A DNA stretch of 64,000 nucleotides. It comes from Sedimentisphaerales bacterium. Lineage in GTDB: Bacteria; Planctomycetota; Phycisphaerae; Sedimentisphaerales; SM23-30. Location: the NCBI GenBank assembly GCA_963666285.1, contig OY762711.1. The stretch is one strand, 5' to 3'. This document shows, one piece after another, positions 40,236 through 50,893 of the stretch. Both the position numbers and the translations under genes were made by a program. The notes below the pieces were generated by a model. The model made no database searches and was not told the origin of the DNA. It saw nothing but the letters and a program-made list of their open reading frames with translations. The stretch's first letter is position 1; each line of letters begins with the position of its first letter.

Positions 40236-41930
40236 ATGAAAGATATATTGAAAACAAGGTCCAGGCAGCTGAATCTAATAGGATTTAGTATTGGTATTGC
40301 AGCTTTAATTTTGCATCATGGGCTGAAACTGGAAATTTCAGGTTTTAGCGATCTGTTATATTTTTCCGAGTTTATAAGTTTTGCCATTCTTTTTTTAGCT
40401 CGCGCTGTATACAGGTCCGGGCAACCGGTAAAAAAAGATTTATCCTCAATAATTAAGCTATATGCACCGATATTGCCGGTGATGTTATTATTATTGCTTA
40501 GCATTTTTACTTTGATTAGCCGCCAGGTATTTTTATCCGGGTGTGAGATATACCTGGCAATAATTCTATTATTCCAGTTAGTAGTTTTCAGCTTCAAGTC
40601 CGGCGGCAATTTTGAGCAGCCGACCCAGGCGTTATTGGTAAGTTTTGTAGTGCTGATTGTTGGAGGGGCATCTGTTCTTATGCTGCCTGGCATGCACAAG
40701 TCCGACATGTCTTTTACGGATGCTGTTTTTACCGCAACCAGTGCGGTTTGTGTAACCGGTTTGGCGGTTTGTGATACTGCTAATGATTTCACATTTAGAG
40801 GCCAGTTATCAATACTGGGTCTTATCCAGCTTGGCGGTTTAGGTATAATGATCTATGGTGCCATGTTTTCTGTTTTACTGGGCAGTAGATTATCAATCAA
40901 GCAATCGGTAGCTTTGCGGGATATATTAAATGAACAGGGACACGGCGATATAGCGGGCAAGATAAAATTTATCTGCCTAGCAACATTTGTAATAGAATTT
41001 ATCGGTATGCTGTTGCTGTTAACAGTGCCGGCTGCCGGCTCAGAAGGATTACATAAAGTATTCTGGAGTGCTTTTCATTCAATAAGTGCATTTTGCAATG
41101 CCGGATTTTCACTGCAATCTGACAGCTTATGTCAATACAGGTCGTATTGGCAGACTTATTTTGTCATTTGTCCACTTATAATTCTGGGCGGATTAGGTTT
41201 TCCTGTTTTGGCTGATATGTTCAAGGTAAAGAATTTATATACCGGGGGAAGGTTCAGAATAAGTTTGCATAGTAAACTGGTTCTTTCAACTACGGCAGTA
41301 TTGCTTGTTGGCGGTACCCTGTTGCTGATGCTTTGTTCTGTGGAGAATGTAACAAAAGGTGAACAGAGTTCCTCTTTTATAGATAATCTGTTTAATTCTG
41401 TTACCTGCAGAACTGCCGGATTCAATACGGTAGATACAGGCAGGCTTTGCCCGGCGTATAAACTGGTCATGATAGGGCTTATGTGTATCGGTGGCAGTCC
41501 GGCATCTACTGCAGGCGGGATTAAAACGGTAGCGATAGCGATTATGTTTCTGACCATAATTTCTACCATTCGCAGTCATAATACTGTTGATGTGTACAAG
41601 AGAGAAATTTCCATGGCTATGGTTAAAAGGTCTCTTGTGCTGGTTGCCGTATATTGCCTGTTGTTATGGCTGGTGACATTCGGTCTGATATTTACAGAAA
41701 ACAGTCCCGAGTCAAACGCCCTGGATATGGCTTTTGAAGCAGCTTCTGCGATAGGAACTGTTGGTTTGAGTTGTGGGATAACCCCTGAATTATCGGTTCC
41801 CGGTAAATGGCTGATAATATTTTCAATGCTGGCAGGCAGGCTTGGCCCTCTCAGTTTACTGACTGCTATAACAATTAATTCAAGGAGAGCTCGTTTTGAA
41901 TATCCGAACGAACCTGTTATTATTGGATAG
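40236..41930 (+). CDS. ktrB: Trk/Ktr potassium uptake membrane subunit
   Basis: FTATSAVCVTGL, SAFCNAGFS, RTAGFN and SAIGTVGLS pore loops. Confidence 0.9.
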   Translation: MKDILKTRSRQLNLIGFSIGIAALILHHGLKLEISGFSDLLYFSEFISFAILFLARAVYRSGQPVKKDLSSIIKLYAPILPVMLLLLLSIFTLISRQVFLSGCEIYLAIILLFQLVVFSFKSGGNFEQPTQALLVSFVVLIVGGASVLMLPGMHKSDMSFTDAVFTATSAVCVTGLAVCDTANDFTFRGQLSILGLIQLGGLGIMIYGAMFSVLLGSRLSIKQSVALRDILNEQGHGDIAGKIKFICLATFVIEFIGMLLLLTVPAAGSEGLHKVFWSAFHSISAFCNAGFSLQSDSLCQYRSYWQTYFVICPLIILGGLGFPVLADMFKVKNLYTGGRFRISLHSKLVLSTTAVLLVGGTLLLMLCSVENVTKGEQSSSFIDNLFNSVTCRTAGFNTVDTGRLCPAYKLVMIGLMCIGGSPASTAGGIKTVAIAIMFLTIISTIRSHNTVDVYKREISMAMVKRSLVLVAVYCLLLWLVTFGLIFTENSPESNALDMAFEAASAIGTVGLSCGITPELSVPGKWLIIFSMLAGRLGPLSLLTAITINSRRARFEYPNEPVIIG

Positions 41931-42014
41931 AATGTTGAAGTGTTGGCCTGGAATGTTAATGTAAAAGACTAAGTGTGGTAGTATATCGCACGATAAATAT
42001 GTACGAGGTGTAAG

Positions 42015-42671
42015 ATGAAAAAGAAAATAGCTGTATTAGGTCTAGGCCGTTTTGCCAGGCAGCTGGCAAGGCAGCTCTACAAGGAAGGTGCCGAAGTTAT
42101 AGCTGTTGACAAAGACCGGCGACGAATTGAAAATATCAGCGAAGCTGTTACAGTTGCTGTTGTTCTGGACTGTACGGACGAGCAGGCATTAAGATCTCAG
42201 GGAATTGATAAAGTCGATACTGCTGTTGTTGGTCTAAGGGAAAATTTTGAGGCTATGGTTATGACAACGGTTACCCTGAAGTCGATGGGTGTCGGGCAGA
42301 TTATCTGTCGTGCTGAGAGAGATATCCATGCCGGGATACTTCAGCGAATAGGTGCTGATGTTGTAATTTTGCCGGAAGATGAAGCAGCAATGCGATGGTC
42401 TTCAAGGCTGACGGCTCCGCATATAAAAGACCGGCTGGAGTTTGCACCCGGTTTCAGCCTGATTGAGTACGCGGCACCCAAATCATTTGACGGTTTCAGC
42501 CTGATTGAACTGGATTTGCGAAAAAAATACAATATTAACCTGATCGCACTTAACAGGAAAGATAAGAGTAAGGTAGTAAATGTACCGACGCCAGGAACAA
42601 AAATTTATGAAGGAGATGTTCTATGGCTGGTTGGTAATGATGAGGCGTTGAACAGTTTGCCTACTAAATAA
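42015..42671 (+). CDS. ktrA: Trk/Ktr NAD-binding RCK regulatory subunit
   Basis: VLGLGRF Rossmann motif; TrkA-C domain; follows ktrB. Confidence 0.9.
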   Translation: MKKKIAVLGLGRFARQLARQLYKEGAEVIAVDKDRRRIENISEAVTVAVVLDCTDEQALRSQGIDKVDTAVVGLRENFEAMVMTTVTLKSMGVGQIICRAERDIHAGILQRIGADVVILPEDEAAMRWSSRLTAPHIKDRLEFAPGFSLIEYAAPKSFDGFSLIELDLRKKYNINLIALNRKDKSKVVNVPTPGTKIYEGDVLWLVGNDEALNSLPTK

Positions 42672-42705
42672 AAAACGCCTTTATAAAGATTAGTTTATAA
42701 AGGCG
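42672..42705. terminator. Terminator hairpin between convergent ktrA and GH127 genes
   Basis: CGCCTTTATAAA-N6-TTTATAAAGGCG. Confidence 0.7.
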
Positions 42706-42745
42706 CCTTGAAATTTTGGCTTAGAAATTCAGCCAATGGTGTTGG

Positions 42746-45166
42746 TTAATTTACTTTCCATTCCTGGACTCCGCATGAAAAATGTTCCGGGAACTGGATT
42801 TCCAATCTTAAAGCATCGGTTTTCACCGGGATGAATGTTATTACATTGAGTTTGTCTTTTGCCGGGGTATACTCGGTGAAGTTGTCAACGGCTTTCCATT
42901 GGTCACCATCTTTGTATAGGATCTTCCACGACTTAGGCAACCTGCATTCTCCGGCACCGGTATCGTCAAACCAGTATACCGAGACACTGGATACTTCTTC
43001 TGTTTCCTTGAAATCATATTGCAGCCACTCAGTAGTGCCTTTACGCGGCCACCAATGGAAGAAACCTTTGCCGTGGTCATTTGAAGCGAGAGGTAAAAGC
43101 CCGTCCTTGACATAATTCAAATCACGCGGTCCGGCATATCCGCCGAAGTTAGATGTTGAGACTTTGCTTTCAGATGCTATCGTCGGCAATGGTACCGGGT
43201 TGCTTCTCTCTTCTGTATAAGGCAGCCAGACGGTCATTGGAGTTCTGCCTCTATGAGACCTGGCATAATACGGGATAGCCTGAAATTTTCTTTCAATATG
43301 TTTGAACTCGTCAGATCCTTCCTGGGCGTGCAGTTCAACAGCATTACCGCTGATTGTATTTATTCCGCCAAGTAAATCTGCGTTCCATTGTTTTGAAAGT
43401 TTCGCATCTTTTGCAAGCATCATGTTGATAACATTGTTGCCCTCAACATCTACTCCTTCGATACAATATATCAATGGTCCGCATTGAATAGCAGCTTTGC
43501 CAATATTTTCAGCAACTTTTTCATCGCAAAGAACACGCTTAATAGCCATAGGCAGATCCAGTTCCAGGATGTCTCCCTTTTTCCAGGTTCTATTAATGAC
43601 GGCATAGCCGTTTTCCAGCTTCATGGCTATTTCTTTGCCATTAACTTTTAAGTTTGGTCTTTCAGTTGATTTTTCAGTAAAGTCATATAATTTGGAAGAA
43701 TCAAATTCTCCGCGAGCCCAGTCTGGTATGCGAATCTTCAGACCGGCATTGCCGCCATTCAATTCAATTTTAATATTTCCATTCCATGGATATTCAGTAG
43801 TTTGTTTGATAGTAATATTTTTACCATTAACTTCAAAGTTTGATTCGCTGTTGGCAAATAGATTAACATATATCGAATCATTTTTTACTGCATAAACATA
43901 TCCTGGCACCGAAGCAATAAAACGACAGATATTACTTGGACAGCAGGCACAGCCGAACCACGGGCTTCTGTCATCGCCCTGTCTGCTTTCAAGCGGGTTT
44001 GGGTAAAAGAAACTCATGCCGTCTAAACCAACTCCGCTTAAAACATTATTGTATAAAGAACGTTCCATAACATCGATATACTTGGATTCGCCATGCAGCA
44101 GGAACATACGATGGTTCCAGTATACATTGGCAATAGCAGCACAGGTCTCACAATATGCGCTGGCATTTGGCAATTCATAATTATCGCCGTAGGCTTCACC
44201 GGAATGACGGGCGCCGCAACCGCCGGTAATATATAATTTCGTATCTGCAACATTTTTCCAGAGAGCGTCGATAGCTTTTAGGAAACCTTTATCACCGGTT
44301 AAGGCGGCGACATCAGCCATCGCACTGTACATATAGTTTGCCCGAACTGCGTGGCCGACAGCTTCGGTTTGCTCCAGGACAGATTCGTGAGACTGGTTAT
44401 ATTGGCTGCGATCCCTGGTTTTACCACGCTGGCTTAGAAACCATTTAGCCTGGTCCAGGTATTTTTCATTTCCGGTTGCACGGTAGAGTTTGGCCAGGCC
44501 AAGTTCTATCTCCTGGTGGCCGGGAATGCCCTGGTTTTTACCCGGACCGAAAACATCACAAATGAGATCTGCATTTTTTATTGCAATATCAAGGAATGTC
44601 TTTTTGCCCGTTGCGGTATAGTGAGCAACCGCCGCTTCATACATATGACCGCAGTTATAGAGTTCGTGAGAGCTGGGCAGATTGTCCCATCGTTCATTAA
44701 TATAGCAGCAGTTAAGATGATCCTGGGTAGTTAAAGCCTTAAGGGTCCAGGCGGTATAAAGGTATCCGTCATCTTCCTGGGCACCTGCAATATACGAGAT
44801 GAGTTCGTCCATATATTTATCAAGTTCAGGGTCGGGTTTTACCATGAGTGCATACGAGGCACCTTCAAGAACTTTATATACATCTGTGTCGTCAAAACCA
44901 AATTGCCCTCTGAAATTTGAATCAGTCAGTCCGGCGGCCGCTTTGAAATTTTCGACACGGCCGGTTTCTTCACATTTATCAAAAGCGAATGGGATGGTTT
45001 TAGTTCTATTTGTCTCTATCCTGTTTGACCAGAAAATATCGGTTACCTTAACCTTAGTGAATGGTATCGGCTGATAGTTGTAGTCTGAGTTTGCAGCTTT
45101 ACATTCTAAGGTAATAAGCAAGGCAAATGACGCTGCAAGTAAGGTAATAGTTTTGGCATTCAACAT
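42746..45166 (-). CDS. Secreted GH127 beta-L-arabinofuranosidase-like protein with C-terminal discoidin/CBM-like domain
   Basis: HELYNCGH, GHQEIELGL, GHAVRA, YCETCAA, WFGCACCPSN. Confidence 0.92.
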   Translation of the reverse strand: MLNAKTITLLAASFALLITLECKAANSDYNYQPIPFTKVKVTDIFWSNRIETNRTKTIPFAFDKCEETGRVENFKAAAGLTDSNFRGQFGFDDTDVYKVLEGASYALMVKPDPELDKYMDELISYIAGAQEDDGYLYTAWTLKALTTQDHLNCCYINERWDNLPSSHELYNCGHMYEAAVAHYTATGKKTFLDIAIKNADLICDVFGPGKNQGIPGHQEIELGLAKLYRATGNEKYLDQAKWFLSQRGKTRDRSQYNQSHESVLEQTEAVGHAVRANYMYSAMADVAALTGDKGFLKAIDALWKNVADTKLYITGGCGARHSGEAYGDNYELPNASAYCETCAAIANVYWNHRMFLLHGESKYIDVMERSLYNNVLSGVGLDGMSFFYPNPLESRQGDDRSPWFGCACCPSNICRFIASVPGYVYAVKNDSIYVNLFANSESNFEVNGKNITIKQTTEYPWNGNIKIELNGGNAGLKIRIPDWARGEFDSSKLYDFTEKSTERPNLKVNGKEIAMKLENGYAVINRTWKKGDILELDLPMAIKRVLCDEKVAENIGKAAIQCGPLIYCIEGVDVEGNNVINMMLAKDAKLSKQWNADLLGGINTISGNAVELHAQEGSDEFKHIERKFQAIPYYARSHRGRTPMTVWLPYTEERSNPVPLPTIASESKVSTSNFGGYAGPRDLNYVKDGLLPLASNDHGKGFFHWWPRKGTTEWLQYDFKETEEVSSVSVYWFDDTGAGECRLPKSWKILYKDGDQWKAVDNFTEYTPAKDKLNVITFIPVKTDALRLEIQFPEHFSCGVQEWKVN

Positions 45167-45524
45167 AAAGGGACCTCCGAAAATTAAGTATTGCTGGTTT
45201 TTCTATTAAAATATTCATTAATATGTTGTAAGAAAGAACTCATGATACACGTTTTTTATGTAATGCAAAAGGTGGAACATAGTTCCACAAGCCGACTTTG
45301 ATAGATATTTGGGTAAAATGGCTTATCTGAATTATTCTACTGGTAATAATTACTAAGGATAGTTCAATTTTAATGTTGCAATTTGATTAAATCTATAACA
45401 GTACTATACCTAATAGATTATATAGTATAAATACCATTTTGTGATATTAAGTATCCTTTTTGCGACACATCAAAACTATATGGGTAGATTGACAGATGTT
45501 TAAGTTAACACTGAATTTATAAAC

Positions 45525-45553
45525 AAAAAAGGCGAACTCGGTATGAATTCGCC
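45525..45553 (-). terminator. Terminator of the pyrophosphorylase gene
   Basis: GGCGAA...TTCGCC stem, followed by a T6 run on the minus strand. Confidence 0.55.
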
Positions 45554-45626
45554 TAAATTTACATGTATAATTATGATTTATCCAAACTCTGTATATGCTG
45601 GATGATAAATACATAGAAGATTTGAT

Positions 45627-47057
45627 TTATCCCAGATATACTACATCATCAGGTTTTAATTCTCTGAGCTGAGCTTTTTTGCGAATTAGCTCTTCCTGGT
45701 CCAGGGCAAACAGTGGCGATATTTCGATCATGAGGTTCAGGCTGCCGTCTTTTTTACGCGGCACACTTATTCCGGCGGCTTCCATCCAGCGGGCAGCTTT
45801 CTCACTTTGCAGGTTTTGTGAGCTCTCCAGACTGTCAACACCGGAAGCGTTTTTAATAGGAGCAAATTCATCTTCTCTATAGATTTCGTATATGATAGAC
45901 TCGCTGGCAAGCGGCAGTCCGTCGAAAACAAAAGTTTCAAATTTAACACCGTTTGACTCTTCCGGCTGGGTTAGATTTCCATCTGTATTGATGTATGGAA
46001 TCTTCTTAACAGCTTTATGCCATGGCAGAGAAAAACCTTTGCTATTGATTCTTTCGATAAAAGTTCGGCTGATAACATGGATTGCGATACTGCCCTCTTC
46101 AAATATCAGTTTTCCTTTTTCATCGGTCTTGCGTGCCAGTTCTTCCGGCAGGTCAGAATATTCTATTACAGTAACTTTTCCATCAGCAACGGTAAAGTTA
46201 CCTACTTTTTCCATAGGATCGCATTTTTTTACCGACTTACTTGACATTTCAGCACTGTCAATAGAATGGAGGCCGATAAACATAGGGTCTACCAGAGCGA
46301 CCAGAGGGTTATCAACCTGGAAGTAGCTTATGTATTCAACGCCGCGCTTCTGCATATCTTCGACAGCACCGCTAACGTAAAGAGCACGGAGTGAACCGCC
46401 GTGACCGTCAGGGCTGGTAGCGAGTTTCCCTTTTTCTTCGAGGAAAATCTTACCTTGAAAATCAAAGCAAGGCATTGTGCCCTGTGGAAACATGATTACA
46501 TCTTTTTTATTAAGTCCGAAATAGTTATTATCTTCGAATGCTTTTACTGTGTCTGCGTGATTTATAGGGCTGGTCATAATGTACCATGGAATAGTACAGT
46601 TAAATCTTCGCTCGTTGGCTAGAATCGTTTCCGCAAAAACCTGGAATAGTGGTTTATTTTTTACCGGGGTGGCAGGGACATTTCCTTTGGGGCCGTTAAA
46701 GTTCAGCCTGGTTCCCATGCCGCCGGCAACAGTAAAACACGCCACTTTATTCTCAGCTATGGCACGTTCACCTGATGCCAGGGCTTTTTCGTATTTATCT
46801 TTCATGTCGTCTGGTGCGATGCGTGGATAAACAAAAGGAGGAAGGATCTCCGCTGGAAGCTTGAGCTCACAATCTCCCTTAATATATTTCTCTATCAGGT
46901 CATTGAGCAGGTCAAAGTCCAGGTTTTCTATCTGCTCGATAAGGCTTTGTTTCTGGTCCTGTTCAAGTTGATCTATATATTTCAAAAGATGCTGCTGGCC
47001 ATTTGCTTCCAGAAGTTTTTGAGCTGCAATTATTCTCTGTTTCAGTGTCTGAGCCAT
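45627..47057 (-). CDS. UDPGP type-1 family nucleotidyltransferase (eukaryote-type UDP-GlcNAc pyrophosphorylase)
   Basis: AGGMGTRL..GPKG, SPDGHGG, QVDNPL, IEYSD, KFETFVFD, EFAPIKNA. Confidence 0.9.
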   Translation of the reverse strand: MAQTLKQRIIAAQKLLEANGQQHLLKYIDQLEQDQKQSLIEQIENLDFDLLNDLIEKYIKGDCELKLPAEILPPFVYPRIAPDDMKDKYEKALASGERAIAENKVACFTVAGGMGTRLNFNGPKGNVPATPVKNKPLFQVFAETILANERRFNCTIPWYIMTSPINHADTVKAFEDNNYFGLNKKDVIMFPQGTMPCFDFQGKIFLEEKGKLATSPDGHGGSLRALYVSGAVEDMQKRGVEYISYFQVDNPLVALVDPMFIGLHSIDSAEMSSKSVKKCDPMEKVGNFTVADGKVTVIEYSDLPEELARKTDEKGKLIFEEGSIAIHVISRTFIERINSKGFSLPWHKAVKKIPYINTDGNLTQPEESNGVKFETFVFDGLPLASESIIYEIYREDEFAPIKNASGVDSLESSQNLQSEKAARWMEAAGISVPRKKDGSLNLMIEISPLFALDQEELIRKKAQLRELKPDDVVYLG

Positions 47058-47317
47058 ATTATTCCTCTATTTTGTTTTATATTCTTGTTTAACAGTGGTT
47101 TATACAAGGATTCAATGCTTTACTATTGGGTATAGTATCCATTGGCGTGTATATAAACATTACCATTATAATATGACCTATTGGATAGGTAAAGTTGTTT
47201 TTTGTAGGGTCCTGTGCGTTATATGGTTATTTTTAATCCGGTTATTTAGTCCCTTTACTTTGTGATATTTTGCTGGTAATATCTTAGGATTCGACAGTGT
47301 ATATCAGGAGCTCTATA

Positions 47318-48337
47318 TTGAATAGTGTAACTCAAAAACCAATAATTGGCATTACAATTGGCGACCCGGCAGGCATTGGCCCTGAGATAGTCGTTAAGGC
47401 TTTGCTGGATAGTGACTTAAGGTCGATGGCACATTATGTCATTTTCGGTCTGGGTGAGCTTATGGATTATACTGCGGATCAAATTGAGGAAAATATCTTC
47501 TGGTCCCGAATTCAGCATGAGGATATTTGTAATAATTTTGGAAACAATGTAGTACTGGCAGATTATGATGAGATTGATTTTCGGTTAAAAAGATATCGGG
47601 AACCGGGGAAAGTTGCAGGTGCTGCATCATTCAAATTTGTTGAAGATGCTATAGGATTTGCCCGTTCAGGCATTCTTGATGCCGTAGTTACCGCTCCGAT
47701 TTGTAAAGAGTCTTGGAAAATGGCCGGAATAAAGAATTTTCCTGGTCATACCGAATTGCTGGCAGACAGATGTTATGCCAAACGATATGCAATGATGTTT
47801 GCCGGGGGGCCGTTCAGGGTTACTCTGGCAACAATCCATGAAGGATTGTTTTCTCTTCGTCATAAATTAAATATAGGCAAAGTGTTTGATCCGATAGACC
47901 TGACACATCAGGCACTTCAGCGTTATTTCGGAATTGCCAGGCCTAAAATTGCTGTTGCCGGCTTGAACCCGCATGCCGGTGAGAATGGGATGTTTGGTGA
48001 TGAGGAACACAGGGTTATTGACCCTGCAATAGTAATGGCGAGAGATCATGGTATCAATGTTGACGGGCCGTTTCCTGCCGACACTCTTTTTCATAGTGCG
48101 CTAGACGGCAGATATGATGCCATAATAGCAATGTATCATGACCAGGGTCTAATACCGGTCAAAATGCTTGCCTTTGATAAAGCTGTTAACGTAACACTTG
48201 GCCTGGATATAATCCGGACTTCGCCAGACCATGGTGTTGCTTTTGATATAGCAGGAAAAAACGCTGCCCGGCCGGACTCGATGAAAGAAGCGATTAAACT
48301 TGCCTGTCACATGGCAAAGTGTAAGGCAAAAGACTAA
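47318..48337 (+). CDS. pdxA: 4-hydroxythreonine-4-phosphate dehydrogenase
   Basis: GDPAGIGPE, GHTE, LNPHAGE, MYHDQG, RTSPDHG. TTG at 47318 follows AGGAG; GTG at 47297 is the alternative. Confidence 0.93.
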   Translation: MNSVTQKPIIGITIGDPAGIGPEIVVKALLDSDLRSMAHYVIFGLGELMDYTADQIEENIFWSRIQHEDICNNFGNNVVLADYDEIDFRLKRYREPGKVAGAASFKFVEDAIGFARSGILDAVVTAPICKESWKMAGIKNFPGHTELLADRCYAKRYAMMFAGGPFRVTLATIHEGLFSLRHKLNIGKVFDPIDLTHQALQRYFGIARPKIAVAGLNPHAGENGMFGDEEHRVIDPAIVMARDHGINVDGPFPADTLFHSALDGRYDAIIAMYHDQGLIPVKMLAFDKAVNVTLGLDIIRTSPDHGVAFDIAGKNAARPDSMKEAIKLACHMAKCKAKD

Positions 48338-48451
48338 GTGTTGTATTGTAGCCATATCAGTTAAAAATGCTCGTTCGGGCATGGCATAAATCATTTACAT
48401 TATTGTTATTTTTACTTCCAAGCAATATGGGAAATCATATATTGTATATAA

Positions 48452-50488
48452 CTAAACCTGAGATGTCGGAAGTTTGACAATAAAAGAAGCGCCATTTCCG
48501 GGCTCGCTGGAAAAAGTAATATTGCCGTTGTGTTTTTCCACTATTTGTTTGACGATATCCAGTCCTATTCCACTTCCAACTCCGGCAGGTTTGGTTGTAA
48601 ACAGAGGTTCAAATATCTTATTCTGGATTTCTTCCGGGATACCGCAGCCGCTATCAGATATTGTTACACAAATATTATTGTCAATTAACCTGGAGCTTAT
48701 TTCCATGGTGCCGTTTTCATTCATAGCATGAATAGCATTTTGTACCAGGTTAGTCCAAACCTGATTAAGTTCGTGCGGGTAGCATTTTATTGATGGCAGT
48801 TCCTGCAGGTCAAGTTTAAGCTCGATTCCGTGCCTGATTTTGTTGCCGAATAATGTCAGGACTGTTTGGATTGTATGGTTAATATCTGTATTGATTTTGT
48901 CTCCAGAATTGCCTCCGTGTACGTAATCTTTTAATGCAGATACAATTTTCTGGGTTTTTTCTGTGCCTTCTTCAATTATTGATTGTCCTTGCCAGATAAG
49001 GGATATTGTATGTGCAAGGTCAAGCAGTTCCATGCCGTATTCTGAGTTTAGCAGGGGAATATATTTTTCATAATCATCGGTAATGCCGATATCTATTAGT
49101 TTGTAAATAATTACAGGGATATCGCCGTATACTTTTTGGCTTAGAGTTTCCTGCATCTGCTTCTTTATTTCTCTTTTTTTACTGCTGCTTATAAACTGAT
49201 TGTCTTTGGCTGTTTCCCTAAGAAGCTCTAAAGCCAGTCCGTCATTTTTATCGAAATATTTAGAAGCAACAGGAAGGGTATCTATTACAGATTGAAGTGT
49301 ATTTTTTAGTATGGTATTAGAATTAATAATTGCGCCTAGCGGGTTATTAATTTCATGTGCAACACTGGCCAGCAGCATGCCAAGCGCTGCCATTTTTTCA
49401 GACTGTATAATTTGTGACTGTGATTTTTTTAATTTGTTATACGTTTCCTGCAGCCTGATATTCTTTTCTTCGAGCTCGACGGTTCTTTCATTTACCATGG
49501 ATTGTAGTTCGTCTGTATATTGCTGAATTTGCTTTTCATAGTTTTTCTGTTCTGTTATATCTGAAACTACCCCGGTAACACCGATTTGATTCTGGTTAAC
49601 ATCAAAACGAGGATGCAGGGTTATGATGGCCGGAAAGATTTCACCATTCTTTCTTATCATTTCAAACTCGCCGACAAATATACCCTTCTCTGATTTCGTA
49701 TCATCCTGCATCTGCTGAAACTTTTTCACATCGGTAGGTTTATGTAAAATTGAGACTTTTCTACCGATCACTTCATCTCTTTTATAGCCAAACATTCTTT
49801 CCGCACCAGAGTTAAAATCTAAAATTTTTGTATCAGGCCCTTCCATATTTGCCGGGATAACGGCTATGCTGCTGACAGATTGGTAGATGGCTCGCAGGTG
49901 GTTTTCTCTATCTTCTAATTTTTGCAGATCAATCTTTTTTTTGTCTTCATAAGTTTTAATGGTTTTGAAAATAGCAAATGCTAATAGTATAAATGCTACG
50001 ACAAAGCATATCTGCATCTGGTGGAATTTTCCCATGGTCGATTTTATTTTTGCTTTTAATAATTTCTCGATTTCCTCTGATCGGCTATAAAATTCCCAGA
50101 ACAATTTATCAAGTTCAAAGTCAATTTTTCTTTCAATGTTATAATTGTCTTTTTGTTGGATTCTCTCATTAGTGATATTTATGATATTGTTTAGTTCTTT
50201 GTTTAATAATTCTAATTTTTGACGTAATAACGGATCTGAAGCCGGTTTAATTGTGGTGTTTTCATTTTTACCACCGTTGAGCATGGCCTGGTTATACCAG
50301 TGAGCTTTATCCAGGTATTCCAGAACATTCTCAATTGAAGCATTTTCATCACCAATATAATGTTCTTCCAGCCATAAATGTGCCTGGCTGCTATGAAGTT
50401 GTATTTTGATTATTGCATCAGTAAGGGGAGAGTAATTTGTGGCAATGGTATATCCGATATACATGAAAACGAACATTATCCCTATCAT
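48452..50488 (-). CDS. Membrane PAS-domain sensor histidine kinase (NtrB-like); true start probably further upstream
   Basis: AHEINNPL H-box, NQVWTNLVQNA, IFEPLFTTK..GSGIGL, PAS motif FNSGAERMFGY. Confidence 0.9.
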   Translation of the reverse strand: MIGIMFVFMYIGYTIATNYSPLTDAIIKIQLHSSQAHLWLEEHYIGDENASIENVLEYLDKAHWYNQAMLNGGKNENTTIKPASDPLLRQKLELLNKELNNIINITNERIQQKDNYNIERKIDFELDKLFWEFYSRSEEIEKLLKAKIKSTMGKFHQMQICFVVAFILLAFAIFKTIKTYEDKKKIDLQKLEDRENHLRAIYQSVSSIAVIPANMEGPDTKILDFNSGAERMFGYKRDEVIGRKVSILHKPTDVKKFQQMQDDTKSEKGIFVGEFEMIRKNGEIFPAIITLHPRFDVNQNQIGVTGVVSDITEQKNYEKQIQQYTDELQSMVNERTVELEEKNIRLQETYNKLKKSQSQIIQSEKMAALGMLLASVAHEINNPLGAIINSNTILKNTLQSVIDTLPVASKYFDKNDGLALELLRETAKDNQFISSSKKREIKKQMQETLSQKVYGDIPVIIYKLIDIGITDDYEKYIPLLNSEYGMELLDLAHTISLIWQGQSIIEEGTEKTQKIVSALKDYVHGGNSGDKINTDINHTIQTVLTLFGNKIRHGIELKLDLQELPSIKCYPHELNQVWTNLVQNAIHAMNENGTMEISSRLIDNNICVTISDSGCGIPEEIQNKIFEPLFTTKPAGVGSGIGLDIVKQIVEKHNGNITFSSEPGNGASFIVKLPTSQV

Positions 50489-50893
50489 AGCTATCGTAGT
50501 TGCAACAACTATAACGTAGACTTTTCCGGGAGAATTTTTGGCGACTTGTCTCCGGCTGTTAGTTTGTTTTGTTGTTGTATTGATAATATTACCTGTAAAG
50601 TTTCCTATTGGAAACTTGGATATTGGTTACAGCTAAATTACATACAATAAAATTTTATATTGTTCATCTGCTCTTGAAAAGTAATATTTTATGGATAATT
50701 TTATATTTTTGGATTATAAAAAGAATATTAATTATCGTCATAATTAGTAAAAATGCATAACACTAAGTATAGTAGGCTAACGATCTGTTTTAAGAGAAGG
50801 CAAAACCAAATGGTATTATTTGGTTATAAAATATTTACAATAATGCTTTTATAGAAAATAGGCATGTTAGCTTAGTTAGGAAAGGTTGTTTAG

